NCBI GenBank assembly: GCA_963708025.1
Contig: CAVPSB010000025.1
Coordinates: forward strand, 32,001-96,000
Reading direction: 5' to 3'
DNA: 64,000 nucleotides
Source of the DNA: an uncultured Candidatus Rokubacteria bacterium
GTDB lineage: Bacteria; Methylomirabilota; Methylomirabilia; Rokubacteriales; DASRDR01
Shown here: positions 28,678 through 39,373 of the stretch, one piece after another
Position numbering within the stretch: the first letter of the stretch is position 1
Layout of the letters: each line of letters begins with the position of its first letter
Program-made: the position numbers and the translations under genes
The notes under the pieces: model-generated
What the model saw: the letters and a program-made list of their open reading frames with translations, nothing else
Databases searched by the model: none
What the model was told of the DNA's origin: nothing

Positions 28678-29658
28678 CTACAGCGTGCGGGCGCGGGAGG
28701 CGGCGCCTAGGAGCGGGGCGCGGGGGTCCAGGATGACGTGGACGGGAATGTTCCGGAGGACGGGGGCCATGCGCCCCTTCTCGGCGAAGGCGTCGACGAA
28801 CGTCGCCACCTTGAACGCCGACAGCATCTTCGGCGCGATGCCGCCCCCGACGAACACGCCGCCCACGGCCAGCGCCTTGAGCGCCAGGTTCCCGGCCTCG
28901 GCGCCGTAGAGCGAGATGAAGAGGACGACCGTCTCGGCGCAGACCGGATCCTTCCCGGCCAGCCCCGCCTGGGACACCACCGCGCTCGCGGTCCCCGCCT
29001 TGATCTCGTCGGTCAGCCAGGTCGGTTCCACGAGCTTCCGGTGGCGGCGGAGGAAGTGGTAGACGTTGAGGAACCCCGGCCCCGAGAGCACGCGCTCCCA
29101 GCTCACGTGGCCGAACTCCCAGCGCAGGAACTCCCAGAGCGCCGCCTCCAGCTCGTTGCGGGGGCCGAAGTCGGCGTGACCGCCCTCGGAGGCCATCACC
29201 CGGTGGACCTGGCCGTCCCACGGCATGATGGCCTCGCCGAGCCCGGTCCCGGCCGCGATCAGCGCCATCGTGCCGCCACCCTTGGGCGGAGTGCCCGGCT
29301 GGAGGGTGTGCACGGACTCCGGCGGGAGAACCAGCACGCCGTGAGCGGCGGCCTCCAGGTCGTTGAGAAGGCGCACCGGAGAGATGCCGAGGGCGCTCGA
29401 CACGGTGGCCTCGTCGATCTGCCAGGGCAGGTTGGTGGCCTTGGCCCGGCCGTCCACGACGGCGCCGGCCACGCCGAAGCAGGCGACCCGCACCGCCGGA
29501 CGCCCCACGGTTTCCAAGAACTTGGCGCCCAGCTCCTCGAGGCTGACCGCGCTGGCGCTCGGGTAGACCTCTTCGCGGACGAGGCTGAGGCGGTCGCCGC
29601 CCTCGTCGAAGACGGCGAGCACCGTCTTGGTCCCGCCAATGTCGCCGGCCAGGATCAC
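28678..29658 (-). CDS. glk: Glucokinase
   Basis: ILAGDIGGTKT, TNLPW, LLNDLEA, AAGTGLGE, SEGGHADF, GGIAPK. Confidence 0.93.
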   Translation of the reverse strand: MILAGDIGGTKTVLAVFDEGGDRLSLVREEVYPSASAVSLEELGAKFLETVGRPAVRVACFGVAGAVVDGRAKATNLPWQIDEATVSSALGISPVRLLNDLEAAAHGVLVLPPESVHTLQPGTPPKGGGTMALIAAGTGLGEAIMPWDGQVHRVMASEGGHADFGPRNELEAALWEFLRWEFGHVSWERVLSGPGFLNVYHFLRRHRKLVEPTWLTDEIKAGTASAVVSQAGLAGKDPVCAETVVLFISLYGAEAGNLALKALAVGGVFVGGGIAPKMLSAFKVATFVDAFAEKGRMAPVLRNIPVHVILDPRAPLLGAASRARTL

Positions 29659-29659
29659 C

Positions 29660-30751
29660 CTACTGGATCCTCCCCGCGTAGACTTGCTTGAGCCCCGCCT
29701 TCGGGATCGGCGTCGGCGCCGCGTCCACTATCTCGATCTTGTCGAGGCCGCCGTAGAACTCGTACCAGGGCTTGGCCCCCTTCCGCAGCACCTGGTTGAG
29801 GGCCTCGATGTTGCGCCGGCCGCGGTCCTTCAGCCACGCCTCCAGGGCCGCCGGCCCGCCCTTGCCGTAGGCGGGGATCCCGTCCTGCCAGGTGGCGCGT
29901 CCGCAGAGCACTCCGGCGAAGCCGACGCCGGCGTCGGCCGCCAGCTCGAGGGTCGCCCGGAAGATCTCGTCGGTCACGCCGGCGGAGAGGTAGATGAAGG
30001 GCCGCTTCGCGACGGCGGCCGCCTTGCGGAAGTGGTCCTTGGCCTCCTCCAGCGAGTAAGCGGCGGTGCCCTCGAAGGCCAGCGAGCCCTTGACGTACTT
30101 GACGTTGACCGGCACCTCGACCTTGAGGATGTCCACGCCGTACTGGGGCTTCGAGAACTCGATCATGTACCGGGTCACGTAGTCCGGCTTGACGCGGGCG
30201 AACTCGAGGCTCTTGTCGTCGAACTGGTTGTGGTACGAGACCGGCTCCAGGAAGAAGGGCGCGTCCCAGGCCGAGCACTCCGCGCCGACCCGCTCGATGA
30301 AGGCGTGCTTGATCTCGTTGACCTGCGGCGGATCGTCGGGGTTGTAGTAGAGGAGGATCTTGATGGCGTCGGCGCCGGCGGCGAGGAGGCGCGGCACCGA
30401 CCAGCCGTCCAGGAGATCCGGCAGGCGTCCGGCCTTGGTCGCGTCGTAGCCGGTCTTCTCGTAGGCCAGCAGCACGCCGGCGGTCGGCGCCTTGGCCCGG
30501 ACCGCGGGGATCCCGTACTCGGGGTCCATCAGGATCGCCGAGGCGTACGGCGTCAGGAGGCGTGTGCCCAGCACCTTGAACTCGGTCAGCTCGGCGTCGC
30601 TGGCATCGCCCCCCTTGGCCTTGGCGATCGCCTTCTTGAGCGAGCCCCGCTGGTCCATCGCCGCGGCGGCGATGATGCCGTTCTCGTCGGCGACGGCCTT
30701 GATGCCGTCGAACTTGCCCCGGGTCATCCGCACCTTCTGTGCCATATCCAC
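29660..30751 (-). CDS. Class I aldolase, tagatose-1,6-bisphosphate aldolase (LacD) family
   Basis: AAAAMDQRGSL, ILMDPEYG, LAYEKTGYD, KILLYYNP, DILKVEVP, LSAGV, GVLCGRATW. Confidence 0.85.
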   Translation of the reverse strand: MDMAQKVRMTRGKFDGIKAVADENGIIAAAAMDQRGSLKKAIAKAKGGDASDAELTEFKVLGTRLLTPYASAILMDPEYGIPAVRAKAPTAGVLLAYEKTGYDATKAGRLPDLLDGWSVPRLLAAGADAIKILLYYNPDDPPQVNEIKHAFIERVGAECSAWDAPFFLEPVSYHNQFDDKSLEFARVKPDYVTRYMIEFSKPQYGVDILKVEVPVNVKYVKGSLAFEGTAAYSLEEAKDHFRKAAAVAKRPFIYLSAGVTDEIFRATLELAADAGVGFAGVLCGRATWQDGIPAYGKGGPAALEAWLKDRGRRNIEALNQVLRKGAKPWYEFYGGLDKIEIVDAAPTPIPKAGLKQVYAGRIQ

Positions 30752-30758
30752 CTCCGCA

Positions 30759-30792
30759 CCCCCTCCCGACGGGGAGAGGGCAGGGTGAGGGG
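30759..30792 (-). repeat. REP-like CCCTCACCC-CCCTCTCCC hairpin
   Basis: Minus strand reads CCCCTCACCCTGCCCTCTCCCCGTCGGGAGGGGG; similar hairpin at 36700-36743. Confidence 0.55.
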
Positions 30793-30824
30793 TGTGTCTA
30801 GGATCTGCTCCGTGTCATCGGCGG

Positions 30825-31583
30825 TCAGGCGATCGACGTCGTGAGCTGCGCGGCGGCGGCCCGGTCCACGAGCCAGACGAGCTCGCCGGCGTCCGGCCGG
30901 ATGCCCTGGGAGGGCAGTCGCTCGAGGGCGGGCGGCCCCTCCAGAACCTCGTGGAGCACCGACGCCTTGTCGGCTCCGGCGGCCAGGAAGACGACCCGGG
31001 CGGCCCGGTTCAGGATCGGGTAGGTCAGGGTGATCCGGTCGGCCTTGAACTTCGGGACGTGGTTCGCGACGACCCAGCGCCGGCGCTCGCCGAGCGCGGT
31101 GGTGCCCGGGAACAGCGAGGCGGTGTGGCCGTCGGGACCCATGCCGAGGAACACCAGGTCGAAGACCGGCGGGGTCCCGCCCGGCGTTCCCCCGAGGACC
31201 CGCGCGATCTCGGCTTCGTAGGCGGTGGCCATCGCCGCGTGGTCGTCCTTCTCCGCCTCGATCCGGTGGGTCCGCGCCGGCGTGATCGGCACCGCGTCCA
31301 GAAGGCTCTCCCGCGTCATCCGGTAGTTCGAATCCGCGTGATCCGGCGGCACGCAGCGCTCGTCGCCCCAGAACAGCTCGACCCGGTCCCACGGCACGGC
31401 CGACCGCAACGGCTCCCGGGCGAGGAGCTGGAAGAGCGCCTTCGGCGTCGAGCCGCCGGACAGCGCCACGGTGAAGCGACCGCGCGCCTCGACCGCCTCG
31501 CGGGCCAGGGCGGCGAACCGCTCGGCGCCGACTCGGGCGACCGCTGCCGCGTCCTCGACCACCTGAATGGTGCGACCACTCAT
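30825..31583 (-). CDS. pgl: 6-phosphogluconolactonase
   Basis: VALSGGSTP, FWGDERCVPP..DSNY, LGMGPDGHTASLFP, RITLT. Confidence 0.93.
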   Translation of the reverse strand: MSGRTIQVVEDAAAVARVGAERFAALAREAVEARGRFTVALSGGSTPKALFQLLAREPLRSAVPWDRVELFWGDERCVPPDHADSNYRMTRESLLDAVPITPARTHRIEAEKDDHAAMATAYEAEIARVLGGTPGGTPPVFDLVFLGMGPDGHTASLFPGTTALGERRRWVVANHVPKFKADRITLTYPILNRAARVVFLAAGADKASVLHEVLEGPPALERLPSQGIRPDAGELVWLVDRAAAAQLTTSIA

Positions 31584-32716
31584 GGGTGTAAGCTCCCAGC
31601 CATCGCGCACGCCACCGCGAGGGTGTCGTGGAAGAGAGGGTCCGGCGCCAGGTCGGAGAGCTGACGGGCCACCATCGCCGCCCGGGAGCCGATCGGTAGC
31701 GCCAGACTGCGGCTCCCGCCGGCCGGGCTGTCGCTCCGGACCGTGAGCCGGCCTTCTCCGAGGCTCTCGGCGACCACCGGCGCCGCCGGGCGACCCGGCG
31801 TCGGGGTCAGGCGCAGCGATCGGATCTCCGGCGGCCCTTCGGGCAACCGCCGGATCGTCACTCGCAGGGGCCCGCTCCCCGTCGTGAAGCGCCACGACAC
31901 CTCGGTGCCCGCCGCCACCTTGCCGGCTTCCGCCTTCCAGCCCAGCCGGCAGGCGAGCCAGCCGACGAGGAGCCACGCCTGGGTGAGCCCGTGAGGCCCG
32001 TGCTCGAGCGCTAGCTCGGCCGCGTGCTCGAGGATCCCCGGGGCGAACGCCGGGTCCAGCCCCTGGGAGAGGACGCGCCGCCAGCCCCGGAGCCGCCGCC
32101 AGCAGACGTCGTGCAGGAGCGGCGGCTTCGCCGAGCCGGATCCACCCGGTCCGCCGGCGAGCAATCGAGTCATCGCGGTCATGCCGCGGACGGGATCGAG
32201 CCAGCCCAGGCTGTCGAAGACGACCTGGCTGGCCATGGCGGCCAGCTCCGTGTAGAGCGCTCCGCCGAGCACCGGGGCTTCGGGCGTCGCCCACCAGAGG
32301 GTCGTGGAGAGGTCCCCGACCAGGAGGCTGCGGGCGGTGGACGGCAGGCGGCGCGCGGCTGTTCCCCGGCCGAGCAGGGTCACCGACTCGCCGCACACCT
32401 GGCCCATCTCTCGCCGGTGGCAGTGGGCGGCGACGTAGGCGTCGATGTCGTCCCCGCCACCCGCCTCGTCGGCGACCAGGACGAACGCCCGCGCCGGGTG
32501 CCGGGCGAGGATCTCCGGCAGCTCGCCCATGACCACGCCGGCCTCCTGGTCGGTCTTGCAGACGGCCAGGAGGTTCGACATGCAGGCCCGGACGACGGGA
32601 TGCTCGGGGTCCGCCACGGCCGCCGAGGCGCGCCACAGCGCCTCCAGCTCGCGCTCGATGGCCTCGATGTTCACCTCGCGCGGCGCCTGAACGGCCGGGA
32701 CCGGCCCGGAGGTCAC
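31580..32716 (-). CDS. opcA: G6PDH assembly protein OpcA
   Basis: [57 protein letters not shown]; lies between zwf and pgl. Confidence 0.85.
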   Translation of the reverse strand: MTSGPVPAVQAPREVNIEAIERELEALWRASAAVADPEHPVVRACMSNLLAVCKTDQEAGVVMGELPEILARHPARAFVLVADEAGGGDDIDAYVAAHCHRREMGQVCGESVTLLGRGTAARRLPSTARSLLVGDLSTTLWWATPEAPVLGGALYTELAAMASQVVFDSLGWLDPVRGMTAMTRLLAGGPGGSGSAKPPLLHDVCWRRLRGWRRVLSQGLDPAFAPGILEHAAELALEHGPHGLTQAWLLVGWLACRLGWKAEAGKVAAGTEVSWRFTTGSGPLRVTIRRLPEGPPEIRSLRLTPTPGRPAAPVVAESLGEGRLTVRSDSPAGGSRSLALPIGSRAAMVARQLSDLAPDPLFHDTLAVACAMAGSLHP

Positions 32717-34245
32717 AAGGTCCTCCAGGCGCGGCCGTCCACCTGCATCATCCGGTCGGCCTCCACCGGCCCCCAGCTCCCCGCCGCGTACTCGGGCAGC
32801 CAGCGGGCACCGCCTCGCTCCCACGCCTGCTGGATCGGCGTGACCCAGGACCACGACGCCTCGACGACGTCCCGCCGCATGAACAGCGTGGCGTCTCCCG
32901 CCATCACGTTCAGGAGGAGGCCCTCGTACGCCTCGGGCGAGGAGTCGCCGAAGGTGGTGCCGTAGCGAAAGTCCATCCGGACCGGGAAGATGCGGACCCG
33001 GGGGCCGGGGAGCTTCGAGCACATCCGGAGCGAGGTGCCCTCGTCCGGCTGGATGCGGATCGAGATGACGTTGGGCTCGAGCGGCACGTTCGGGTTGGCA
33101 TTGAACAGGATCTGGGGCACCGCCTTGAGCTGGACGGCGATCTCGCTGGCCCGCTTCGGCATGCGCTTGGCGGTGCGGATGTAGAACGGCACGCCGGCCC
33201 AGCGCCAGTTGTCGATGTAGCAGCGCAGGGCGACGAAGGTCTCGGTCGTCGAGTCCGGCTTGACGCCCTCCTCCCGCCGGTAGCCGGGCACGTTCTGGCC
33301 GTGGTGGTAGCCCGGCCCGTACTGGGCACGGACGACGGAGCGCTCGACCTCGGCGGCATCCAGTGGGCGGAGGCTCTCGAGCACATCGAGCCGCGCGTCC
33401 CGGACCACGTCGGGATCGAGGGAGCGCGGCGGCTCCATCGCGGTCAGGCACAGGACCTGGAGGATGTGGTTCTGGACCATGTCGCGGAGGGCGCCGGACT
33501 CCTCGTAATAGCCGGCGCGCGTCCCGACGCCTTCCTCCTCGGCGACCGTGATCTGGACGTGGTCCACGTACTTGTGGTTCCAGAGCGGCTCCAGGAACGA
33601 GTTGGCGAAGCGGAACACCAGGATGTTCTGGACGGTCTCCTTGCCGAGGTAGTGGTCGATCCGGTAGATCTGGCGCTCGTCGAAGACGCCGGCCAGCGTC
33701 TCGTTGACCTGGCGCGCGCTGGCGAGGTCGCGACCGACCGGCTTCTCGACGATGACGCGCGTCCACCGGGAATCGCCGGGCGCCGACACCAGGCCCGCCG
33801 CGCGGAGCTGCTCGGCGCAGGTGCCGATCAGGCTCGGCGGGATGGAGAGGTAGAAGATCCGGTTGCCGGGCAGGCCGTGGGCCTGCTCGACCGACTCCAG
33901 GGTGGCCTTCAGGCGCTGATAGGCCGACGCGTCCGTGAACGAGCCGGGGACGTAGTCGAGGGAGCGCTCGAAGTCGGCCCAGGAGGCCTCCTCGACCGGT
34001 CGGCGGGAGAAGCGCTCCGCACCCTCGCGGGCGAACTTCCGGTACGCCTCGCCGGCGAGGTCCTTCAGCGAGAACCCGACGATGGCGCAGCCGGGGAGGA
34101 GGCCGTCGAGGGCCAGGTTGTAGAGGCCCGGCAGGAGTTTCCGGCGGGCGAGGTCGCCGCTGCCCCCGAAGATCACGACCGTGCAGGGGGCCGGCAGGAG
34201 GCCGGCCTCCACGCCGGCCGTCAGCGGGTTGCCAACCTCCGCCAT
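32713..34245 (-). CDS. zwf: Glucose-6-phosphate 1-dehydrogenase
   Basis: [45 protein letters not shown]. Confidence 0.96.
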   Translation of the reverse strand: MAEVGNPLTAGVEAGLLPAPCTVVIFGGSGDLARRKLLPGLYNLALDGLLPGCAIVGFSLKDLAGEAYRKFAREGAERFSRRPVEEASWADFERSLDYVPGSFTDASAYQRLKATLESVEQAHGLPGNRIFYLSIPPSLIGTCAEQLRAAGLVSAPGDSRWTRVIVEKPVGRDLASARQVNETLAGVFDERQIYRIDHYLGKETVQNILVFRFANSFLEPLWNHKYVDHVQITVAEEEGVGTRAGYYEESGALRDMVQNHILQVLCLTAMEPPRSLDPDVVRDARLDVLESLRPLDAAEVERSVVRAQYGPGYHHGQNVPGYRREEGVKPDSTTETFVALRCYIDNWRWAGVPFYIRTAKRMPKRASEIAVQLKAVPQILFNANPNVPLEPNVISIRIQPDEGTSLRMCSKLPGPRVRIFPVRMDFRYGTTFGDSSPEAYEGLLLNVMAGDATLFMRRDVVEASWSWVTPIQQAWERGGARWLPEYAAGSWGPVEADRMMQVDGRAWRTL

Positions 34246-34253
34246 GCCGGGCG

Positions 34254-34964
34254 CTAGCTTCGCGCGCCGTCGCGCGTGAACACGCGCACCGCCCCGGCCT
34301 CCGCGAGGAGCACCGTGTGGGCGGTGCCGAGAAACAACCCAGTGTCCACGACGCCGGGAATCGCCCGGATCGCGCGCTCGAAGGCGGCCGGGTCGGTCGG
34401 GGGCTCGATCCCGCAGTCCAGCGTCAGGTTCCCGTTGTCGGTGATGAACGGCCGCCCGTTCACCATCCGGACCTCCGGGCGGCAGCCCAGCGCCACGAGC
34501 CGCCGCTCGCAGAACGGGCGCGCGAAGGGGATCACCTCGACCGGGACCAGGCCCCGCTCCCCGAGCCGGGACACCATCTTGTCCGGCGTGACCAGGATGA
34601 CCTGGCGATGGGACGCCGCGGCCACGATCCGCTCGCGCACCAGGGCGCCGCCGTAGCCCTTGATCATGTTCAGCTGGGGATCGACCTCGTCGGCGCCGTC
34701 CACCGTCAGCTCGAGCGGCGTCCCGTCCAGCTCCGCGAGGGGGATGCCAACCTCGCGAGCCAGGGCGGCCGTCGCGTCCGAGGTCGGAACGCCCCGGACC
34801 CGCAGGCCCTGCTTGACCCGGGCCCCGAGGGCCCGCACGAACGCCGCCGCGGCCCGGCCGGAGCCGAGGCCGACGCCGACACCGTCGGGTCGGTCGGGGA
34901 CCATCGGCAACGCGTGGGCGGCCACCCGCTCGAGATCCGCAGGACTGACCGGTGGCTTCTCCAT
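34254..34964 (-). CDS. rpiA: Ribose-5-phosphate isomerase A
   Basis: [41 protein letters not shown]. Confidence 0.93.
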   Translation of the reverse strand: MEKPPVSPADLERVAAHALPMVPDRPDGVGVGLGSGRAAAAFVRALGARVKQGLRVRGVPTSDATAALAREVGIPLAELDGTPLELTVDGADEVDPQLNMIKGYGGALVRERIVAAASHRQVILVTPDKMVSRLGERGLVPVEVIPFARPFCERRLVALGCRPEVRMVNGRPFITDNGNLTLDCGIEPPTDPAAFERAIRAIPGVVDTGLFLGTAHTVLLAEAGAVRVFTRDGARS

Positions 34965-35207
34965 CGGGTCGTGTTCCCCGGAGGGGGGAGCCTCACGATA
35001 GCACGGTTCGGGCCCCCAATGGGACCGGTGATTCCCGGGAGGTTGGACGCCTGCCGCCGGCCGGTCGGTTCGTGGCACGCCGCTCCGACGTCCTGGGAGG
35101 GGAGGGGATTCGGAGGCGGCCCCGCGATCGAACGGGGCTCCCCTCCGACGAGGTGGCGTGTCAGCGGCGACGCAGGTTGTCCGGCTCGACGTAGGGCAGG
35201 AGGAGGC

Positions 35208-35642
35208 CTAGGCGGGCTCGGGGCCGAGAACCATCTGGGTCTGGATGGTCAGGGCCAGCAGCCGGCCCGCGGCGTCGGTGACCCGCGTCTGCCAGACCAT
35301 GGTCCGCTTCCCCCGGTGAAGCGGCGTCGACTCGGCCCGGACGATGCCGTCGCGCCCGGCCGCGAAGAAGTTGGTCTTGGACTCGAGCGTGGTGGTCCAG
35401 GCGCCCGGTGGCAGGTTCAGCACGGTGGCCGTCGCCCCCACCGTGTCGGCGAAGGCCATGATGGCCCCGCCGTGGAGCGCGCCCCCGATGGTGCGCAGCT
35501 CGTCCCGGATCGTCAGCTCGGCCACGACGCGCTCCCGGCCGGTCTCGACGAACCGGATGCCGAGGAGTCCCGGGAGATATCCGCGCTGCCGGGCTTCCAG
35601 GCTGGCCGGGTCCATCGCCATCCCTTCCGGCTCTCGTGTCAT
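35208..35642 (-). CDS. PaaI-family thioesterase
   Basis: LHGGAIMAFADT, TTTLESKTNF; GAAGGAGG RBS. Confidence 0.88.
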   Translation of the reverse strand: MTREPEGMAMDPASLEARQRGYLPGLLGIRFVETGRERVVAELTIRDELRTIGGALHGGAIMAFADTVGATATVLNLPPGAWTTTLESKTNFFAAGRDGIVRAESTPLHRGKRTMVWQTRVTDAAGRLLALTIQTQMVLGPEPA

Positions 35643-35698
35643 CCGATTCCTCCTTCGTAACATCAGCCACGGGCGAGCGCTCGCCAGCGTGCCGCGGC

Positions 35699-36691
35699 TC
35701 ACGCGGGACGGGGCAGCGCCGGGCGGTCGCGGCGGGCGAGCAGGGCGCGCAGGCTTCCGTAGATGCCGGCCGGGAGGAAGATGATGAAGAGGATCAGCAG
35801 GAGCCCGTAGATCGTCTCGGCCATGCCGATGAGCTTGACGCCGAAGACGACCCGCAGGGACTCGCCCAGCGCGATGGTCAGGGCGGTCCCGACCGTCGGG
35901 CCGAGCAGCGAGTACATCCCGCCGAGCACGACGGCGAAGACGATGCGCAGCGACACGCCGATGCCCGACAGGGTGTCCGGGTTCACGTACGAGATGTACT
36001 GCGCGTAGGCCACGCCGCCCAGCGCGGTCAGCGCCGCGGAGAGCGCGCTGATCCCGAGCTTGAAGCGCGTCACGTGGATCCCGACCGAGGCCGCCGCCGT
36101 CTCGTCCTCCCCGATCGCCTCCATCGCGGCGCGGGCCATGCTCCGGTCGAGGCGGGCCCAGACCCAGAGACCCGCCAGCCAGAGCACGAGCGCCCCGTAG
36201 TAGAAGACCCGCTTGTCGGCGAACTGGATGGCCCACAGGCTGTCGCCGGCCGACGGCTTGAGGGAGAGCCCCAGGGAGCCGCCGGTCCAGTCGCGCTCGG
36301 CGATGATGAGGAGCCGGATCACCTCGCCCACCGCCAGGGTGACCAGGCCGAAGTAGTGGCCGACGACCTGGAAGCGCGAGCAGGGGTAGGCCACGACCAG
36401 GGCCAGCACGGTGGTGAGGGCGACCGCGAGGAGGCCGCCGATCCACGGGGTCAGGCCGTAGAAGTTCCAGAGGAGCGTCGTCGTGTAGGCGCCAACGCCG
36501 AGGAAGGCGCCGTGGCCGAGCGAGACGAGGCCGAAGCGGCCCATCAGCGACCAGGCGCCGCCGATGAACGACCAGATGAAGATCTGGACGGCCACGTGGA
36601 CGATGTAGTCCCGCATCCCGCCCATTGGGAGGCCGGGCGCGATGGCGAGGAAAGCCAGGAGGGCCCCACCGAGCAGCCGGCCGGCGGTCAT
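35699..36691 (-). CDS. Branched-chain amino acid ABC permease (LivM-like)
   Basis: GLVSLGHGAFLGVGAY, AIGEDETAAASVGI, VLGGM. Confidence 0.9.
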   Translation of the reverse strand: MTAGRLLGGALLAFLAIAPGLPMGGMRDYIVHVAVQIFIWSFIGGAWSLMGRFGLVSLGHGAFLGVGAYTTTLLWNFYGLTPWIGGLLAVALTTVLALVVAYPCSRFQVVGHYFGLVTLAVGEVIRLLIIAERDWTGGSLGLSLKPSAGDSLWAIQFADKRVFYYGALVLWLAGLWVWARLDRSMARAAMEAIGEDETAAASVGIHVTRFKLGISALSAALTALGGVAYAQYISYVNPDTLSGIGVSLRIVFAVVLGGMYSLLGPTVGTALTIALGESLRVVFGVKLIGMAETIYGLLLILFIIFLPAGIYGSLRALLARRDRPALPRPA

Positions 36692-36798
36692 TGGGTACGC
36701 CCCCCACCCCCGACCCCTCCCCACCTTCCGGGGGGAGGGGGGGCGACCGCGATCCCGACGTGGCACGGGACGACCGTGCGGAGGTGACACCGAGAGGG

Positions 36799-37665
36799 TC
36801 ATTCGCGGCGGGCGAGGATGCCGCCCGGCCGGACGAACATCATCACGATGAAGACCACGAAGGCGATCACGTAGCCCATCTCGGTCGAGATCAGCACGCC
36901 GCCGATGGAGATGATCTCGCCCATGACGAACGAGGCCACGAAGGCGCCCAGCATGTTCCCCAGGCCCCCCAGCACGCAGATCATGAAGGTGAGGGGCCCG
37001 AAGGCGGCGCCGAAGAACGGGTGCACCGAGTACTGGATGATGAGCAGCGCCCCGGCCAGCCCGGCCATGGCCCCGCCGACGGCCGAGGTGACCAGGTAGA
37101 CACGCTGGGGCTTGGCCCCCATCAGGGCCATCGCCTCCCGGTCCTGGGACACGGCCCGGATGGCGGTGCCCATGTACGTGCGGGTGAGGAACAGGTAGAG
37201 CCCGACCATGGCCAGGGCCGCCAGGCCGAAGGCGATGAGCCGGGCGAAGGAGAGGAACATGCCGCCGATCTCGATGATCGGGAGGCTCAGCCGGACGGTC
37301 CGGTGGTCGGTGGTCCAGAGGAAGGTGGCGAAGGACTGGAGGAAGAAGAGGAGACCACCGGTGGCCAGGAACTGGTTGAGCGGAGGGCTCCCCAGGATCG
37401 GCGTGATGATCAGGAGGTGGACGCCCACGCCGAGCAGGGCGCCGAGCCCGATACTGGCCACCCCGCCCAGCCAGACCGGCCAGCCGTAGACGGTGACCAG
37501 GAAGTAGACGGCGTACATGCAGAGCATCACGAGGTCGACGTAGGCGATCCAGACGACGTCGATGACGCCGAAGATCAGGTTGAGGCCGAGGGCGAGCAGG
37601 GCGAGGACGCCGCCCAGGAGGAGCCCGTTCACGGCGGCCTCGACCAGGAAGATCGGGTCGATCAT
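36799..37665 (-). CDS. Branched-chain amino acid ABC permease (LivH-like)
   Basis: ALGLNLIFGV, GTAIRAVSQD, VLGGLG, RPGGI. Confidence 0.9.
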   Translation of the reverse strand: MIDPIFLVEAAVNGLLLGGVLALLALGLNLIFGVIDVVWIAYVDLVMLCMYAVYFLVTVYGWPVWLGGVASIGLGALLGVGVHLLIITPILGSPPLNQFLATGGLLFFLQSFATFLWTTDHRTVRLSLPIIEIGGMFLSFARLIAFGLAALAMVGLYLFLTRTYMGTAIRAVSQDREAMALMGAKPQRVYLVTSAVGGAMAGLAGALLIIQYSVHPFFGAAFGPLTFMICVLGGLGNMLGAFVASFVMGEIISIGGVLISTEMGYVIAFVVFIVMMFVRPGGILARRE

Positions 37666-37671
37666 GGATGG

Positions 37672-38376
37672 CTAGAGCCCGACGTAGGCCTTGCGCACGA
37701 AGTCCTGCTCGGCGAGGGCGTCGGCGCGCCCTTCCATCTTGATCCGGCCCACCTCCAGGAGGTACGCTCGGTCCACGAGCTTCAGCACCTGGCGGACGTT
37801 CTGCTCGACGACCAGGATCGTGTACCCCTCGCTCCGGATCTGGCGGATCAGCTCGAACACGCGGAGCACCATGACCGGGGCCAGGCCCATCGACGGCTCG
37901 TCGAGGAGGATCAGCTTCGGACGCGACATCAGCGCCCGGCCGATCGCCAGCATCTGCTGCTCGCCGCCGGAGAGGCTGCCGGCCCGCTGGCTCTGCCGCT
38001 CGGCCAGGATGGGGAAGAGGGCGTAGACGCGCTCGACGCTCTCGCGGAAGGCGCGCCGCGCGGCGGGCAGGAAGGCGCCCATCTTGAGGTTGTCGGCGAC
38101 GCTGAGCCCGGGAAAGAGTCGCCGGCCCTCGGGGACGTGGGCGATGCCGCGCGCCACCACCTCGTGGGCCTGGCGGCCGACCAGCGAGGCCCCCTCGAAG
38201 TCCATGGCGCCGCCGCGCGGCGACACCAGCCCCGAGATCACCCGGAGCAGCGTCGTCTTGCCGGCGCCGTTGGGGCCGACCACGGCCACCGCTTCCCCGG
38301 CGGCCACCCGGAGGCTCACGTCCCAGAGCGCCGTGAAGTGGCCGTACCCCGCGGTGACGTGCTCGAGCTGGAGCAT
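37672..38376 (-). CDS. ABC ATP-binding protein (LivF-like)
   Basis: GPNGAGKT, LSGGEQQM, LLDEPSMGLAP, VEQN. Confidence 0.92.
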   Translation of the reverse strand: MLQLEHVTAGYGHFTALWDVSLRVAAGEAVAVVGPNGAGKTTLLRVISGLVSPRGGAMDFEGASLVGRQAHEVVARGIAHVPEGRRLFPGLSVADNLKMGAFLPAARRAFRESVERVYALFPILAERQSQRAGSLSGGEQQMLAIGRALMSRPKLILLDEPSMGLAPVMVLRVFELIRQIRSEGYTILVVEQNVRQVLKLVDRAYLLEVGRIKMEGRADALAEQDFVRKAYVGL

Positions 38377-39110
38377 CAGTCGCTGAGGACCAGCTTCTCG
38401 CCCAGGTAGGCCTCGATGACCCGGGGGTCGCCCGCCACCTCGTGGGGCCGCCCCTCGGCGATCTTCTCGCCGTGGTCCAGCACCACGACCCGGTCCACCA
38501 CCCGCATGAGGGTGGCCATGATGTGCTCGACCCACACGATCGTGATCTTCAGCTCGCGGCGGATCCGCCGCAGCATCTCGGCCGCCGCCGCCATCTCCCC
38601 GGGGTCCAGCCCGCCCAGGCTCTCGTCGGCCAGGAGCAGGGTCGGGGCGGTGGCCAGCGCGCGCGCCAGCTCGAGCTTCTTGAGCCCGGCCGCGCCGAGC
38701 AGGGCGGGGGAGGTGGCGTCGTCGGCCGGGAGGCCCACCAGCTCCAGCACCTCGCGCGCCCGGGCTCGGGCCGCCGCCTCGGTCGTCCGGCGGTTGGTGC
38801 CGAAGTGGGCGGCGACGGCGACGTTTTCCAGGATGGACAGCTTGCGGAACGGTCGCGGGATCTGGAAGGTGCGGGCGATCCCGTGGTGGCAGATGGCGTC
38901 CGGCGTGAGTCCTCCCATCTCCTCGCCGCGGAACCGGATCGAGCCCGCCGTCGGCGCCAGCGCCCCCGAGATGCAATTGAACAGGGTGGTCTTTCCGGAG
39001 CCGTTGGGGCCGATGAGGCCGAGGATCTCGCCCTCGTGCACTTCGAAGGCGACGCCGCTCAGGGCGACAAAGCCCCCGAACCGCTTGGTCAAGCCGGTGA
39101 CGGTCAGCAC
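38376..39110 (-). CDS. ABC ATP-binding protein (LivG-like)
   Basis: GPNGSGKT, GIARTFQ, VIEAYLG. Confidence 0.92.
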   Translation of the reverse strand: MLTVTGLTKRFGGFVALSGVAFEVHEGEILGLIGPNGSGKTTLFNCISGALAPTAGSIRFRGEEMGGLTPDAICHHGIARTFQIPRPFRKLSILENVAVAAHFGTNRRTTEAAARARAREVLELVGLPADDATSPALLGAAGLKKLELARALATAPTLLLADESLGGLDPGEMAAAAEMLRRIRRELKITIVWVEHIMATLMRVVDRVVVLDHGEKIAEGRPHEVAGDPRVIEAYLGEKLVLSD

Positions 39111-39187
39111 CCGAAAGCGCCGGGCGCCGGTGACGGCCGGCGCCCGGCTCCGCCTGAGGTCAGCGGGCTGCGATCGGCCCCGCGGTA

Positions 39188-39373
39188 CTCAATTCGGGAC
39201 CTCCCGCCCACCCCCCCAACCCCCCCACCCACCGGGGGGAGGGGGGGCCGGACGGCTCCATTCGTTCACACGCTCTCAGTTCGGGACCTCCCGCCCACCC
39301 CCCCAACCCCCCTCCCCCACCCACCGGGGGGAGGGGGGAGCCGGAGAGGACCCCATTCCTTCACACGCTCTCA
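39188..39373 (-). repeat. G-rich tandem palindromic repeat, 2 units (same family as 9821)
   Basis: Reverse complement TGAGAGCGTGTGAAGGAATGG...GGGTGGGCGGGAGGTCCCGAAC, twice. Confidence 0.85.
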
